A DNA stretch of 64,000 bases from Patescibacteria group bacterium (GTDB taxonomy: Bacteria; Patescibacteriota; Patescibacteriia; Patescibacteriales; UBA12465), in NCBI GenBank assembly GCA_023229115.1, contig JALNZW010000001.1, positions 134,861 through 198,860 on the forward strand, written 5' to 3'. The position numbers were made by a program, and so were the translations under genes. Of the stretch, positions 8,027 through 17,462 are shown piece by piece. Below the pieces are notes generated by a model. That model was not told the origin of the DNA. It made no database searches and saw only the letters and a program-made list of their open reading frames with translations. The stretch's first letter is position 1, and the number at the start of each line of letters is the position of its first letter.

Positions 8027-10003
8027 ATGAAAGAAGGAAAAGTAGAATTCAAAAAACATAAAATATCAGGGAATGATAATGTTTTAAATATTGAGAAAGA
8101 AATAAAAAAAGAAAAAAGAAATGAGGAAATGGATAATGATTTATTGGAAATTTATGCTGATGATGATGGTCAGATAAGCGATTTGAGTAAGATTAAGGTT
8201 AAAAAAAGAAGATCCTTTCTTGTTTCTTTGTTTTTTTCTTTATTGTCAATTGCGGTTGTTTCTTTTTTGGCTTATGGGGCTTATAATTATTTAAATAATC
8301 AAAAGGGGTCATCTTTTGTTTTGGATATCAAAATAAGTGCTCCTTCGAAGATAGTCTTGGGAGAGGCCTTTTTTTATGAAATCGAGTATAAAAATAATAG
8401 CAGTCATAGTTTAGAGGATATTAATTTAAATTTTAATTATCCCTCTAATTTTATTTATTTAGAATCTTATCCAAGTCCTAGTTTTAATAATAATTCTTGG
8501 AAAACTGATAATTTACTACCTGGAGCTAGTGGAAAAATAAAAATCAATGGTTTAATTATTAATAAGGAAGGTCTTAATAATCTTTTGTCGGTTGAGGCTG
8601 GTTATCAAATCTCTGGTTTTTCTTCTTATTTTAAAAAAGAGTTTTTTTATTCAGTTTCGGTTAGCTCTATTCCTTTTTCAATTAATTTAGATTTTTTTTC
8701 AACAGCTTTAGTGGGTGAGGAGTATCTTTTAAAATTTTCAATGAAGGATTTTAAGCCATTGCTTAAATCTGATATGTTTTTGTCAATTTTATCTTCTGAC
8801 AATATTCAATTTTATTTACCAGAAGAAGAATTTGGTGGTGATTCTGAAAAAATATTACAATTAGAACAATCAGATAAGAATATTTTTAAAATTTCCTTTA
8901 AAGATAATAATTCTTTGTCTGACTTTAATAATTTGTCATCCGATTCTTATGATTTTTATTTAAAGTATAAGGTCTTGGATAGAATTGACGATTTAGAAAA
9001 GGTTTCTTGGCAATTAAAGTATTCTGATGAATCTAATCCTAATTTAATTTTTTTAGAAAAAGAATTCTCTCTTTCAGTTATTAAAAGTGATCTTCATTTA
9101 AATCTAACCATTAATGAAAATTCGTCAGACCAGTCTGTTAATTTTGGTCAAACATTGAACTATGTTATTAATTATGCCAATAAAGGTGATAAGAAGATGA
9201 AAGACTTGATAATAATGGCTGTTTTGGAGAGTGATTTTTTGGATTGGGAAAGCTTTACTGACATAAAAGGTGGTAGAGTAAATAGAGGAACCATAAGTTG
9301 GACGTCTCAGGAAATATCTGAATTAAAAGAGCTTGATCCAGGTCAGGAAGGTTTTATTAATTTTTCAATTAATGTAGCTCCTTTTGTAGATGTTTCTTAT
9401 GGTCAAGAATTAAAATTAGAAAGTTATGCTCAATTTACAATTGGTAATGTAGAAGAATTGGGAGAAGATAAATTTCGAGTATCTGACAACAAAAGCAACG
9501 CTATATTGAGTCCAATTAACAGTAATTTTTTTGCTAAAGAAGAATTGAGATACTTTGATGATAATAATATTCCTGTTGGTTCTGGTCCATTACCTCCCAA
9601 GGTTGGGGAGAAGTCTACTTTTAGAGTTTATTGGACAATTAAAAATTCCTTACATGAATTAAAGGATTTGCAAGCTGAATTATATTTACCAGAATATATT
9701 ATTTGGGAGAATAAATATGATATTAGTGCGGGTGAAATTTATTATGATTTAACTGAAAATAAAGTTCTTTGGAGTTTGGGTCGTTTACCCTTAGGAATTG
9801 ATGAAATAAAAATTAGTTTTGATATTGCCATAGCTCCTAGCGATTTTGAATATAATAAGATTATTATTTTATCACCTGGTAGTAGCTTTAAAGCTTTTGA
9901 TGTAGAAACTAGTTCTTGGATTGATAAAAAAACAGAAATAAAAACAACTAAGTTAGAGGATGATCCAATCGCTGGCCTTAGTAGTGATGGAAGAATAAAA
10001 TAA
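8027..10003 (+). CDS. N-terminally anchored large surface protein with repeated beta-sandwich (DUF11/CARDB-like) segments
   Basis: 658-aa ORF with one TM segment (FLVSLFFSLLSIAVVSFLAYGAY). It has recurring patterns such as FYEIEYKNNS..L.D..L and LNYVINYANKGDKKMKDLII. The family call is tentative. Confidence 0.45.
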   Translation: MKEGKVEFKKHKISGNDNVLNIEKEIKKEKRNEEMDNDLLEIYADDDGQISDLSKIKVKKRRSFLVSLFFSLLSIAVVSFLAYGAYNYLNNQKGSSFVLDIKISAPSKIVLGEAFFYEIEYKNNSSHSLEDINLNFNYPSNFIYLESYPSPSFNNNSWKTDNLLPGASGKIKINGLIINKEGLNNLLSVEAGYQISGFSSYFKKEFFYSVSVSSIPFSINLDFFSTALVGEEYLLKFSMKDFKPLLKSDMFLSILSSDNIQFYLPEEEFGGDSEKILQLEQSDKNIFKISFKDNNSLSDFNNLSSDSYDFYLKYKVLDRIDDLEKVSWQLKYSDESNPNLIFLEKEFSLSVIKSDLHLNLTINENSSDQSVNFGQTLNYVINYANKGDKKMKDLIIMAVLESDFLDWESFTDIKGGRVNRGTISWTSQEISELKELDPGQEGFINFSINVAPFVDVSYGQELKLESYAQFTIGNVEELGEDKFRVSDNKSNAILSPINSNFFAKEELRYFDDNNIPVGSGPLPPKVGEKSTFRVYWTIKNSLHELKDLQAELYLPEYIIWENKYDISAGEIYYDLTENKVLWSLGRLPLGIDEIKISFDIAIAPSDFEYNKIIILSPGSSFKAFDVETSSWIDKKTEIKTTKLEDDPIAGLSSDGRIK

Positions 10004-10009
10004 AAAAAG

Positions 10010-11116
10010 ATGAAACAAATACAAACAAAGCATGGAAATCTAAAGTTACCCTTTTTTATGCCTGACGCTACCAGGGCTTTTCTTAAAACTTGTAACAGTA
10101 ATGATATAATAAATTCTGGTATTGAAGCTATGGTTGTTAATACTTTTCATTTATATTTACAGCCAGGTCTTAAAATTATTAAGAAGGCAGGTGGTATTCA
10201 TAATTTTATGAATTGGCAAAAACCATTAGTTTCCGATAGTGGTGGTTTTCAGATTTTTTCTCTTATACATAAAAACAAGAAAATGGGGAAAATCGATGAT
10301 GCTGGCGCTTCTTTTAAATCTCCACTTAATGGCTCTTCTCATTATATTGGTCCGGAAAAATCAATTCAAATTCAATTTGAATTGGGAACTGATTTTATTG
10401 TTTGTTTGGACGATTGTCCTCCCTATGCTTTTGTTAAAAAAGAAATAGAATCATCAGTTGAGAGAACATTACAATGGGCCAGAAGATGTCGTACTGAATA
10501 CATAAAACAAGTTAAAAAAAGAAAACTAGACGAAAAGAATAGGCCGAAGTTGATAGCTGTTATTCAAGGGGGGCTAGATTTTGATTTGAGAAAAAAATGT
10601 GCAGACGGACTACTTCAAATATCTCAAGAGAAGTTTTTGGGGGAAAGTATTCCTTTTGCTGGTTATGGCTTTGGCGGTAGGCCAGTTGATGAACAGGGAA
10701 ATTTTTTGTATGAGATATTAGATTATACTGCTAAACTTATTCCTGATGATAAATTAAAATTTGCCTTAGGAATTGGCTTGCCCTTAGATATTGTTCGTTG
10801 TCATGAAATGGGCTGGAACATGTTTGACTGTGTTATTCCGACCAGAGAGGGTCGTCATGGGAAGCTTTATCAATTTATTAAAAATAAAGATATAAAAAAT
10901 AAAAATTTTTACAAAGAAATTGGTATTAAAAATAGTAAAAATTCTTTAAATTTGAGTAAAATAAACGAAAGCTCAAAAATAAGTGATTTAAAAGAGTACT
11001 CCTTTGCTTATTTGCATCATTTGTTTAGATTAAATGAATCTTTTGGGCATAGATTAGCTAGTTTGAATAATTTAGAGTTTTACTCAACTTTAATTAATGC
11101 TTTGAGACGTAGGTAA
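10010..11116 (+). CDS. tgt: tRNA-guanine transglycosylase family protein lacking the zinc-site cysteines
   Basis: LPFFMPDAT, VSDSGGFQIFSL, LDDCPP and MFDCVIPTREGRHG match TGT catalytic blocks. AYLHHLFRLNE is retained, but no Cys occurs where CxCxxC is expected. Confidence 0.8.
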   Translation: MKQIQTKHGNLKLPFFMPDATRAFLKTCNSNDIINSGIEAMVVNTFHLYLQPGLKIIKKAGGIHNFMNWQKPLVSDSGGFQIFSLIHKNKKMGKIDDAGASFKSPLNGSSHYIGPEKSIQIQFELGTDFIVCLDDCPPYAFVKKEIESSVERTLQWARRCRTEYIKQVKKRKLDEKNRPKLIAVIQGGLDFDLRKKCADGLLQISQEKFLGESIPFAGYGFGGRPVDEQGNFLYEILDYTAKLIPDDKLKFALGIGLPLDIVRCHEMGWNMFDCVIPTREGRHGKLYQFIKNKDIKNKNFYKEIGIKNSKNSLNLSKINESSKISDLKEYSFAYLHHLFRLNESFGHRLASLNNLEFYSTLINALRRR

Positions 11117-11152
11117 TAAAAATTAGTTTTTATAATATTTTTATGTCTTTTT

Positions 11153-11178
11153 AAAAGCCGGCTTTGTCGGCTTTTTTG
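11153..11178 (+). terminator. Rho-independent terminator after tgt
   Basis: AGCCG (11156-11160) pairs with CGGCT (11168-11172) around a 7-nt loop, with flanking A-run and T-run. Confidence 0.7.
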
Positions 11179-11213
11179 TTTGATTTAAGCAGTTTTTGTG
11201 TTATAATTATTTC

Positions 11214-11741
11214 ATGAAAATAAAAAAAGAGCTAGAAATTGAGAAAACCTATTTAATTAAATATATTCCTAAAGATTTGTTTAAATACAGATCTAAAGAT
11301 ATAGAAGATTTGTATATACCTAAAGAAGCGAAACATGCCAGACTTAGAATTAGAAAAAATGGTGACTATTTTGTTATTACTAAAAAAATTCCTGTAAAAA
11401 ATGAAAATGCGTCATTTCATTCCGAATTTAATTTGGAGATTACGGAACAGGAATTTAATGCTTTGCATGGCTCAAATTGTAATACTATTAAAAAAACTAG
11501 ATTTTATTATCCTTATCAAAAAATGGTGGCCGAAATTGATATTTTTAAAGGGAGGCACAAAGGTTTAGTCTTGGTTGATTTTGAATTTAAAAATAAAAGT
11601 GAGTTAATAAAGTTTGAGGCACCAGATTTTTGCTTGGCAGATGTTACTGAAGAAGATTTTACGGCTGGTGGGGTTTTATGTAAAAATTCTTTTTCTAAAT
11701 TATCACCATATTTAAAAAAATTTAATTATAAAAAAGTATAA
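11214..11741 (+). CDS. CYTH-domain protein (triphosphate tunnel metalloenzyme / class IV adenylate-cyclase-like)
   Basis: N-terminal EIEKTYLI (ExExK) motif and beta-rich length of ~175 aa. I prefer ATG 11214 over the TTG at 11196, whose region (TTGTGTTATAAT) looks like a -10 box. Confidence 0.65.
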   Translation: MKIKKELEIEKTYLIKYIPKDLFKYRSKDIEDLYIPKEAKHARLRIRKNGDYFVITKKIPVKNENASFHSEFNLEITEQEFNALHGSNCNTIKKTRFYYPYQKMVAEIDIFKGRHKGLVLVDFEFKNKSELIKFEAPDFCLADVTEEDFTAGGVLCKNSFSKLSPYLKKFNYKKV

Positions 11742-11752
11742 AAATATATTTT

Positions 11753-13171
11753 ATGAAAAAAATTTTAATATATAATACTTTAAGTCGTAAAAAAGAAGAA
11801 TTTAAACCTCTAAAAGCTGGTCATCTTTCTTTTTATTATTGCGGCCCTACAGTTTATTGGACTCAACATATTGGAAACCTTAGAGGTTCTGTTTGTGCTG
11901 ATTTGATTCATAGGACTTTTAAATATTTGAATTATGATGTTTCTATGACCAGAAACTATACTGATGTTGGTCATTTAACCTCAGACGAAGATAGCGGTGA
12001 AGATAAAATGGAAAAAACAGCTAAAAAAGAGAGTCTTAATCCTGATCAAATTGCTGAAAAGTACATCAAGATATATGAAGAGGATACTAGTAAGATTAAT
12101 ATTTTAGAGCCAAAGTATAAACCTAAAGCTACTGAAAATATTGAACAAATGATTGACTTGATTCAAGTTTTAATGGCTAAGGGTTATGCCTATGCCACTG
12201 ATTTGGCGATTTATTTTGATATTTCTAAATTTGAAAATTATACCTCTTTATCTCGTCAAAAATTAGAAAAAAATAAAAGCGGTGCTGGTAGTGGTGATTT
12301 TTCTGATGTTAACAAAAGAAATTCGGCTGATTTTTCTTTGTGGTTTTTTAGAGCTGGTGAACATAAGAATGCTTTACAATATTGGCCATCTCCCTTTTTT
12401 TCAACCTTGGTTGAAAATGGACAAGGCTTTCCCGGTTGGCATCTAGAATGCTCAGCCATGATTAAGAGGTACCTGGGCAATACTATAGATATCCATATGG
12501 GAGGCATTGAACATGTTAGTGTTCATCACACCAATGAAATAGCCCAAAGTGAGGCTGCTAATGGTGTAAAATTAGCTAATTATTGGTTACACAATGAACA
12601 TCTTTTAGTTAATGATGGAAAAATGTCAAAATCTCAGGGGACTAGTTATAGTCTGGGCGAGGTAGAGGAAAAAGGTTTTAAGCCCTTGGCTTTAAGATAT
12701 TTTTTTCTACAATCTCATTACCGTTCTAAGCAAAATTTTACATTTGAAGCTTTAAAGGGTGCTCAAAAAGGATTGAGCAATATAGAATCTAAAATTTTTA
12801 AGTTAGGAGAAGAGGTGGGGGAAGTGAATAATGATTTTAAGGAAAAATTTTTAAATTATTTGTTAGATGATTTTAATTTACCAAAATCTTTAGCAATTAT
12901 TCCTGAAATTTTAAAATCAGATTTAAGCAATCAGGATAAGCTAGCTACTATTTTAGACCTTGATCAAGTTTGGGGCTTAAACTTGGAAGCAGTTTTTAAA
13001 AAACAAAAAGAAGGTGGTCTGGATGAAAAAATTAAAGAAATTATTAAAGAAAGAGATGAGGCTAGAAAAAATAAAGATTTTATAAAATCAGATGAACTAA
13101 GGAATAAACTTGAAGATCTTGGTTACAAAGTAGAGGATTCTATTGATGGAACAAGTGTTTCTAAATTATGA
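11753..13171 (+). CDS. cysS: Cysteinyl-tRNA synthetase
   Basis: [17 protein letters not shown] (HIGH-type) and KMSKSQG (KMSKS) motifs in a 472-aa protein. Confidence 0.95.
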   Translation: MKKILIYNTLSRKKEEFKPLKAGHLSFYYCGPTVYWTQHIGNLRGSVCADLIHRTFKYLNYDVSMTRNYTDVGHLTSDEDSGEDKMEKTAKKESLNPDQIAEKYIKIYEEDTSKINILEPKYKPKATENIEQMIDLIQVLMAKGYAYATDLAIYFDISKFENYTSLSRQKLEKNKSGAGSGDFSDVNKRNSADFSLWFFRAGEHKNALQYWPSPFFSTLVENGQGFPGWHLECSAMIKRYLGNTIDIHMGGIEHVSVHHTNEIAQSEAANGVKLANYWLHNEHLLVNDGKMSKSQGTSYSLGEVEEKGFKPLALRYFFLQSHYRSKQNFTFEALKGAQKGLSNIESKIFKLGEEVGEVNNDFKEKFLNYLLDDFNLPKSLAIIPEILKSDLSNQDKLATILDLDQVWGLNLEAVFKKQKEGGLDEKIKEIIKERDEARKNKDFIKSDELRNKLEDLGYKVEDSIDGTSVSKL

Positions 13172-14130
13172 TTAATTTTTGGGAAAAAATACAAAAGAAA
13201 AAAAAGGGTAAGCCAATTTTAGCATTAGCTCCATTGGCTGGTTATACTGATTCAGCCTTTAGATCTATTTGTAAAAAATTTGGAGCTGATATTGTTTATA
13301 GTGAAATGGCTTCGGTTTCAGCTCTTCATTATAAATCAGAAAAAACTTTGGAATTACTAAAGTTTTCTCAAAAAGAAAGACCATACATTGTTCAGCTTTT
13401 CGGTTCTGATAAAAAACATTTTGTTGAAGCTGTTAAAATAATTGAAAAAGAAATTAAACCAGATGGTTTTGATATTAATTTTGGTTGTCCGGTTAAGAAA
13501 GTTTTAAAACAAGAGGCTGGGGCAAAATTGATGTCTAATTTAAAATTATCTCGAGAAATAATTAAAGCAGTTTTGTCTGTTAGTAGTAAACCTTTATCAA
13601 TCAAAGTTAGAACTCAATCCTTTTCTGTTGGTTTGATTGATTTTTTAAAAAATATAGAAGACTTGCCTGTTTCTGCCTTAATGATTCACGGAAGAACACT
13701 TAAACAGTTGTTTTCTGGGCCCATAGATTTAGAAATCATTAAAGAAAGTAAAAAATATTTCAAGGGTGTTATTTTGGCCAATGGCGGTGTGAATAATTAT
13801 TCAGATATTGAAAAAATTGTTAAAAAAACAGGGATTGAAGGGGTTGGTGTTGGACGTGGAGCGCTGGGTTCTCCTTGGATTTTTTCTGATAAGTTTAAAA
13901 ACATATCTAAAAACAACAGAAGGGAGTTAGCTCAAAAAACGGCTCTAGAGCATTTAAAATTACATTTTAAAAATAAAGGAGACTTGGGTTTGGGAGAATT
14001 CAAAGGGCATCTAGCTTGGTATTTTAAAGATTTTGCTGGTGCTTCTAAACTGAGAACTGAAATGATGTCGGCCAAAAATTTTTCAGAAATAAAAAAAATA
14101 TTAATTTTTGATAAAAAATATAAAATATAA
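13168..14130 (+). CDS. tRNA-dihydrouridine synthase
   Basis: LAPLAGYTDSAFRSICKKFGADIVYSEM and DINFGCP blocks match the Dus family. It shares a 4-nt ATGA overlap with cysS. Confidence 0.9.
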   Translation: MINFWEKIQKKKKGKPILALAPLAGYTDSAFRSICKKFGADIVYSEMASVSALHYKSEKTLELLKFSQKERPYIVQLFGSDKKHFVEAVKIIEKEIKPDGFDINFGCPVKKVLKQEAGAKLMSNLKLSREIIKAVLSVSSKPLSIKVRTQSFSVGLIDFLKNIEDLPVSALMIHGRTLKQLFSGPIDLEIIKESKKYFKGVILANGGVNNYSDIEKIVKKTGIEGVGVGRGALGSPWIFSDKFKNISKNNRRELAQKTALEHLKLHFKNKGDLGLGEFKGHLAWYFKDFAGASKLRTEMMSAKNFSEIKKILIFDKKYKI

Positions 14131-14195
14131 AAATTATATTTAACATTGTTATTTTGATTATAAAAAAGTTAAATTACAACATTTAAATTAAAAAA

Positions 14196-15698
14196 ATGAA
14201 AAAAATAAAAAAAAATAAAAATAATTATTATATAAAATCTTTCGTTTTTCTTTTCTTGTTCTTTGTTTCAATTTTCTTTTTTTCTGAAGTTGAGGCTTCT
14301 AGCTTAACTTCTCGTCTGTCAGGTAGAATTTTGTTGCAAGTAGAAAGCAAGGGCGAGGCTTATTATGTTAATCCAGGAGATTTAAAAAAATATTATTTAG
14401 GAAGACCTGATGATGCTTTTGTTATTATGCGTTCTTTTGGTTTGGGGGCAACTAATATTGATATTAATAATTTTCTAAAGAATGGAGCTAGGGCTAATTT
14501 ATCTGGCAAGATACTTCTTCAGGTTCAAGATAAAGGTCAGGCTTATTATGTAAATCCTTTAAATTTACGTCTTTATTATTTGGGTCGACCAGCGGATGCC
14601 TTTGCTGTTATGAGACAATTGGGCTTAGGAATTAAAAACTCTGACCTAGATCAAATTGTTTCAGGTGTTTTAGGAGTAAGTAGCAGCGGCAATTCTGGAA
14701 CAACAGTTAATCCTGGTGAAAAATTAGTTTTATTCAGTTGGAAATATAAAAATAAACAGTATTCCTTGGAACAAGTTTTTTCTGATAGTCTTTATAATTC
14801 TTATAAAAATTCTGATAAGAATTATTATTATCCAGCTAATAATCCCCCAGAGAATTTAAGAGAGGCATATTACAGTATATTTTTAACTCAAAAAAGTGGT
14901 GATAATTCTATTGATAATTTAATAGCTGATTTAAGAAAAATTGCGAATCAAGAAGGGTTTAGTGATGATCAATTTGTGGAATTTGTTATGGCTCTAGTTC
15001 AGTATTTGCCTTATGATTTTTCTAAAAAATCGACTGACCCACAAAATTTTCCTTATGAAACATTATATACTGGAACTGGTATTTGTTCGGATACAACATT
15101 TTTGTCTGTTTTAATATTAAGAAAATTGGGTTACGGAGCAGCTGTCTTTGATTATCCTAATGTTAAACATTCGGCCGCAGCTGTCGCTTGCTCTCAAAAT
15201 TCTTCTTATAATTCTGGTTATTGTTTTGTAGAAACAACCAATTATTTTCCAATAGGAGTTTTCCCATCAAGCATTGGAACTGGACAAGCGGAAGGCTCTG
15301 GAACTAATTGGAACACTCTTTTCAGTGGGACTAGTTTGGGCGAGGTTGAGATTTTGCAAAAAAGTGGCGGTAAATATTATGGAGGCATGTCCAATACTAT
15401 CAATACTGTAAATTCAATAGTAAAAATGCAGCAGAATTTAATTGAAAAGGGGAGCGAACTTAAATCCCTACAAGATCAATTAAGTCAAGTAAAGTCTCAA
15501 TTAGATCAAATATCAGCTCAAGCTGAAGTTTATAAGCAGGCCAGTGACTGGACTAATTATAATTTAAAAGTTGAAGAATATAATCTTAAGGTTAATGAAT
15601 ATAATGCAATTTTGAATAATTATCGTTTAAAATTAGATGTTTATAATTTTGATGTAGTGTTATTTAATCAAACTGTTAAGGATTTTTATCAGAATTAA
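14196..15698 (+). CDS. Secreted protein: two tandem ~61-aa repeats, a transglutaminase-like Cys core and a C-terminal coiled coil
   Basis: Signal or anchor segment FVFLFLFFVSIFFFSEVEA. The repeats are LSGRILLQVESKGEAYYVNP..YYLGRPDDAFVIMRSFGLG and LSGKILLQVQDKGQAYYVNP..YYLGRPADAFAVMRQLGLG. GTGICSDTTFLSVLILRKLGYGAAV resembles a transglutaminase-like core. The Q/L/N heptad-like tail suggests a coiled coil. Confidence 0.5.
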   Translation: MKKIKKNKNNYYIKSFVFLFLFFVSIFFFSEVEASSLTSRLSGRILLQVESKGEAYYVNPGDLKKYYLGRPDDAFVIMRSFGLGATNIDINNFLKNGARANLSGKILLQVQDKGQAYYVNPLNLRLYYLGRPADAFAVMRQLGLGIKNSDLDQIVSGVLGVSSSGNSGTTVNPGEKLVLFSWKYKNKQYSLEQVFSDSLYNSYKNSDKNYYYPANNPPENLREAYYSIFLTQKSGDNSIDNLIADLRKIANQEGFSDDQFVEFVMALVQYLPYDFSKKSTDPQNFPYETLYTGTGICSDTTFLSVLILRKLGYGAAVFDYPNVKHSAAAVACSQNSSYNSGYCFVETTNYFPIGVFPSSIGTGQAEGSGTNWNTLFSGTSLGEVEILQKSGGKYYGGMSNTINTVNSIVKMQQNLIEKGSELKSLQDQLSQVKSQLDQISAQAEVYKQASDWTNYNLKVEEYNLKVNEYNAILNNYRLKLDVYNFDVVLFNQTVKDFYQN

Positions 15699-15705
15699 AG
15701 GATAA

Positions 15706-15734
15706 TTGACTTAATTTTTGAAATAATATATAAT
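15706..15734 (+). promoter_or_regulatory. Sigma-70-type promoter (TTGACT-17-TATAAT) upstream of rpsB-tsf
   Basis: TTGACT at 15706-15711, a 17-nt spacer, and TATAAT at 15729-15734. Confidence 0.55.
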
Positions 15735-15742
15735 TAAAATAG

Positions 15743-15771
15743 GCTTAAAACAACCTGTTTTGAGCATTTTT
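15743..15771 (+). terminator. Terminator-like hairpin between the promoter and rpsB
   Basis: A 10-bp stem, GCTTAAAACA pairing with TGTTTTGAGC (one G-T pair), with loop ACC, followed by ATTTTT. Confidence 0.5.
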
Positions 15772-15877
15772 ATAATTTAAAAAATCATGCTTTCTGAATT
15801 TTTCTTATAAATCTAGAAGGCAGTAGGTGTTTGTTGGTGTTTGATTTATCAATGCTAGTAAACCAAAAAAGAAAAAT

Positions 15878-16570
15878 ATGAATATTCCAAAATTGGAAGA
15901 AATGTTAAAAGCTGGTATGCACTTTGGTCACAGAACCAATCGTTGGCATCCCAAAATGAAACCATTTATTTTTACTAAAAAAAATGGTATCTATATCATT
16001 AATGTTGAAAAAACTCAGGAGCAATTAAAAAAAGCTTTAGAGTATATGATTAAATTAAAACAAGAAGATAAAATTATTCTTTTTGTTGGTACTAAAAAAC
16101 AAGTTAAATCTCAAATGAAGGAAATGGCTGAAGCTATTAAATCTCCTTATATTATCGGTAAGTGGTTGGGTGGTCTTTTGACTAATTTTCTTGTTATTAA
16201 AAAATCAATAAAAAAATATCAGGATTTATTAAATGACAAGGAGAGCGGAAAATTAGCTAAATATACTAAAAAAGAACAATTAGACTTCGATAGAGAAACT
16301 AAAAGATTAGAGGAGAGAGTTGGTGGTTTAACTGGATTAACTCGCTTACCAGATGCAATTTTTATTTGGGATTTAAAAGAAGAGAAAACAGCCGTAGCTG
16401 AAGCTACTGCTAAAAATATTCCAATTATTGCTGTTTGTGATACTAATGTTAATCCTGAATTAGCTAAATTTCCGATACCAGCCAATGATGATGCAACTAA
16501 AACAGTAACTTTACTTTTGGATTGCATTAAGGAAAACCTTATTGATGCTAAAAATATTAAATTAAGTTAA
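15878..16570 (+). CDS. rpsB: 30S ribosomal protein S2
   Basis: MLKAGMHFGHRTNRWHPKM and the conserved body; 230 aa. Confidence 0.95.
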   Translation: MNIPKLEEMLKAGMHFGHRTNRWHPKMKPFIFTKKNGIYIINVEKTQEQLKKALEYMIKLKQEDKIILFVGTKKQVKSQMKEMAEAIKSPYIIGKWLGGLLTNFLVIKKSIKKYQDLLNDKESGKLAKYTKKEQLDFDRETKRLEERVGGLTGLTRLPDAIFIWDLKEEKTAVAEATAKNIPIIAVCDTNVNPELAKFPIPANDDATKTVTLLLDCIKENLIDAKNIKLS

Positions 16571-16595
16571 GATTTATAATTAATTTTTTAATAAT

Positions 16596-17390
16596 ATGGA
16601 GCAAATAAAAGAATTAAGGGAAAGAACTGGCGCCGGCATGGTTGATTGTAAAAAGGCCTTAGATGAAGCTGGTGGCGACATAGATAAAGCGATTGAAATT
16701 TTAAGAAAGAAGGGAATAGCTAAAGCTGCTAAAAGAAGTGAAAGAGATGCTGCTGAAGGAATTATTGTTGTTGGCACCAATGATGATAAAACAGAGGCTT
16801 ATGCAGTAGAGATAAATTCCGAAACTGATTTTGTGGCTAGAAATGAGAAATTTCAAGAATTAGCCAACCAGATTTTAGAAGTTTTAAAAAATAAAAAACC
16901 ACAAACAGAAGAGGAATTGTTAAAAACAGACTTGAATGGGTCAACAGTAGAAGAAAGTATTAGCAATTTAAGTGGTGTTATTGGTGAAAAATTAGCTTTA
17001 GGTAGATTTTCTGTTGTTTCTGGGCAAACAGTTGCTTCTTATTCTCATTTAGGCGGTAAAATTGGTGTCTTAGTGGCTCTAGATCAAACTGGAAAGGGTG
17101 AATTAGCTTATGACATCGCTATGCATATTGCTGCTGCTAATCCTCGCTATTTAAGTAGCGGAGAAGTTCCTAGCGCTGAAATAGAAAAAGAAAAAGAGGT
17201 TTATAGAGAGCAATTAATCAAAGAGGGTAAGCCAGAAAATATGATAGAAAATATTTTGCAAGGTAAAATAAAAAAATATTATTCTGAAATTTGTTTATTG
17301 GATCAAGAATATATTAAGGATGATAAGAAAAAAATCGCCGATATTTTAAAGGGTTCTTCAATTTCTAAGTTCGTTAGATTATCTTTGTAA
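16596..17390 (+). CDS. tsf: Elongation factor Ts
   Basis: IKELRERTGAGMVDCKKAL UBA-like N-terminus and ETDFVARNEKF block. It is adjacent to rpsB as in most bacteria. Confidence 0.95.
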   Translation: MEQIKELRERTGAGMVDCKKALDEAGGDIDKAIEILRKKGIAKAAKRSERDAAEGIIVVGTNDDKTEAYAVEINSETDFVARNEKFQELANQILEVLKNKKPQTEEELLKTDLNGSTVEESISNLSGVIGEKLALGRFSVVSGQTVASYSHLGGKIGVLVALDQTGKGELAYDIAMHIAAANPRYLSSGEVPSAEIEKEKEVYREQLIKEGKPENMIENILQGKIKKYYSEICLLDQEYIKDDKKKIADILKGSSISKFVRLSL

Positions 17391-17416
17391 AATTTGTTTG
17401 AAAATAAATTATCATA

Positions 17417-17448
17417 AAATAAAACGAACTTAATGTTCGTTTTATTTA
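17417..17448 (+). terminator. Rho-independent terminator after tsf
   Basis: AAAACGAAC pairs with GTTCGTTTT around loop TTAAT, followed by a T-rich tail. Confidence 0.75.
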
Positions 17449-17462
17449 TATAAATTTAAATT

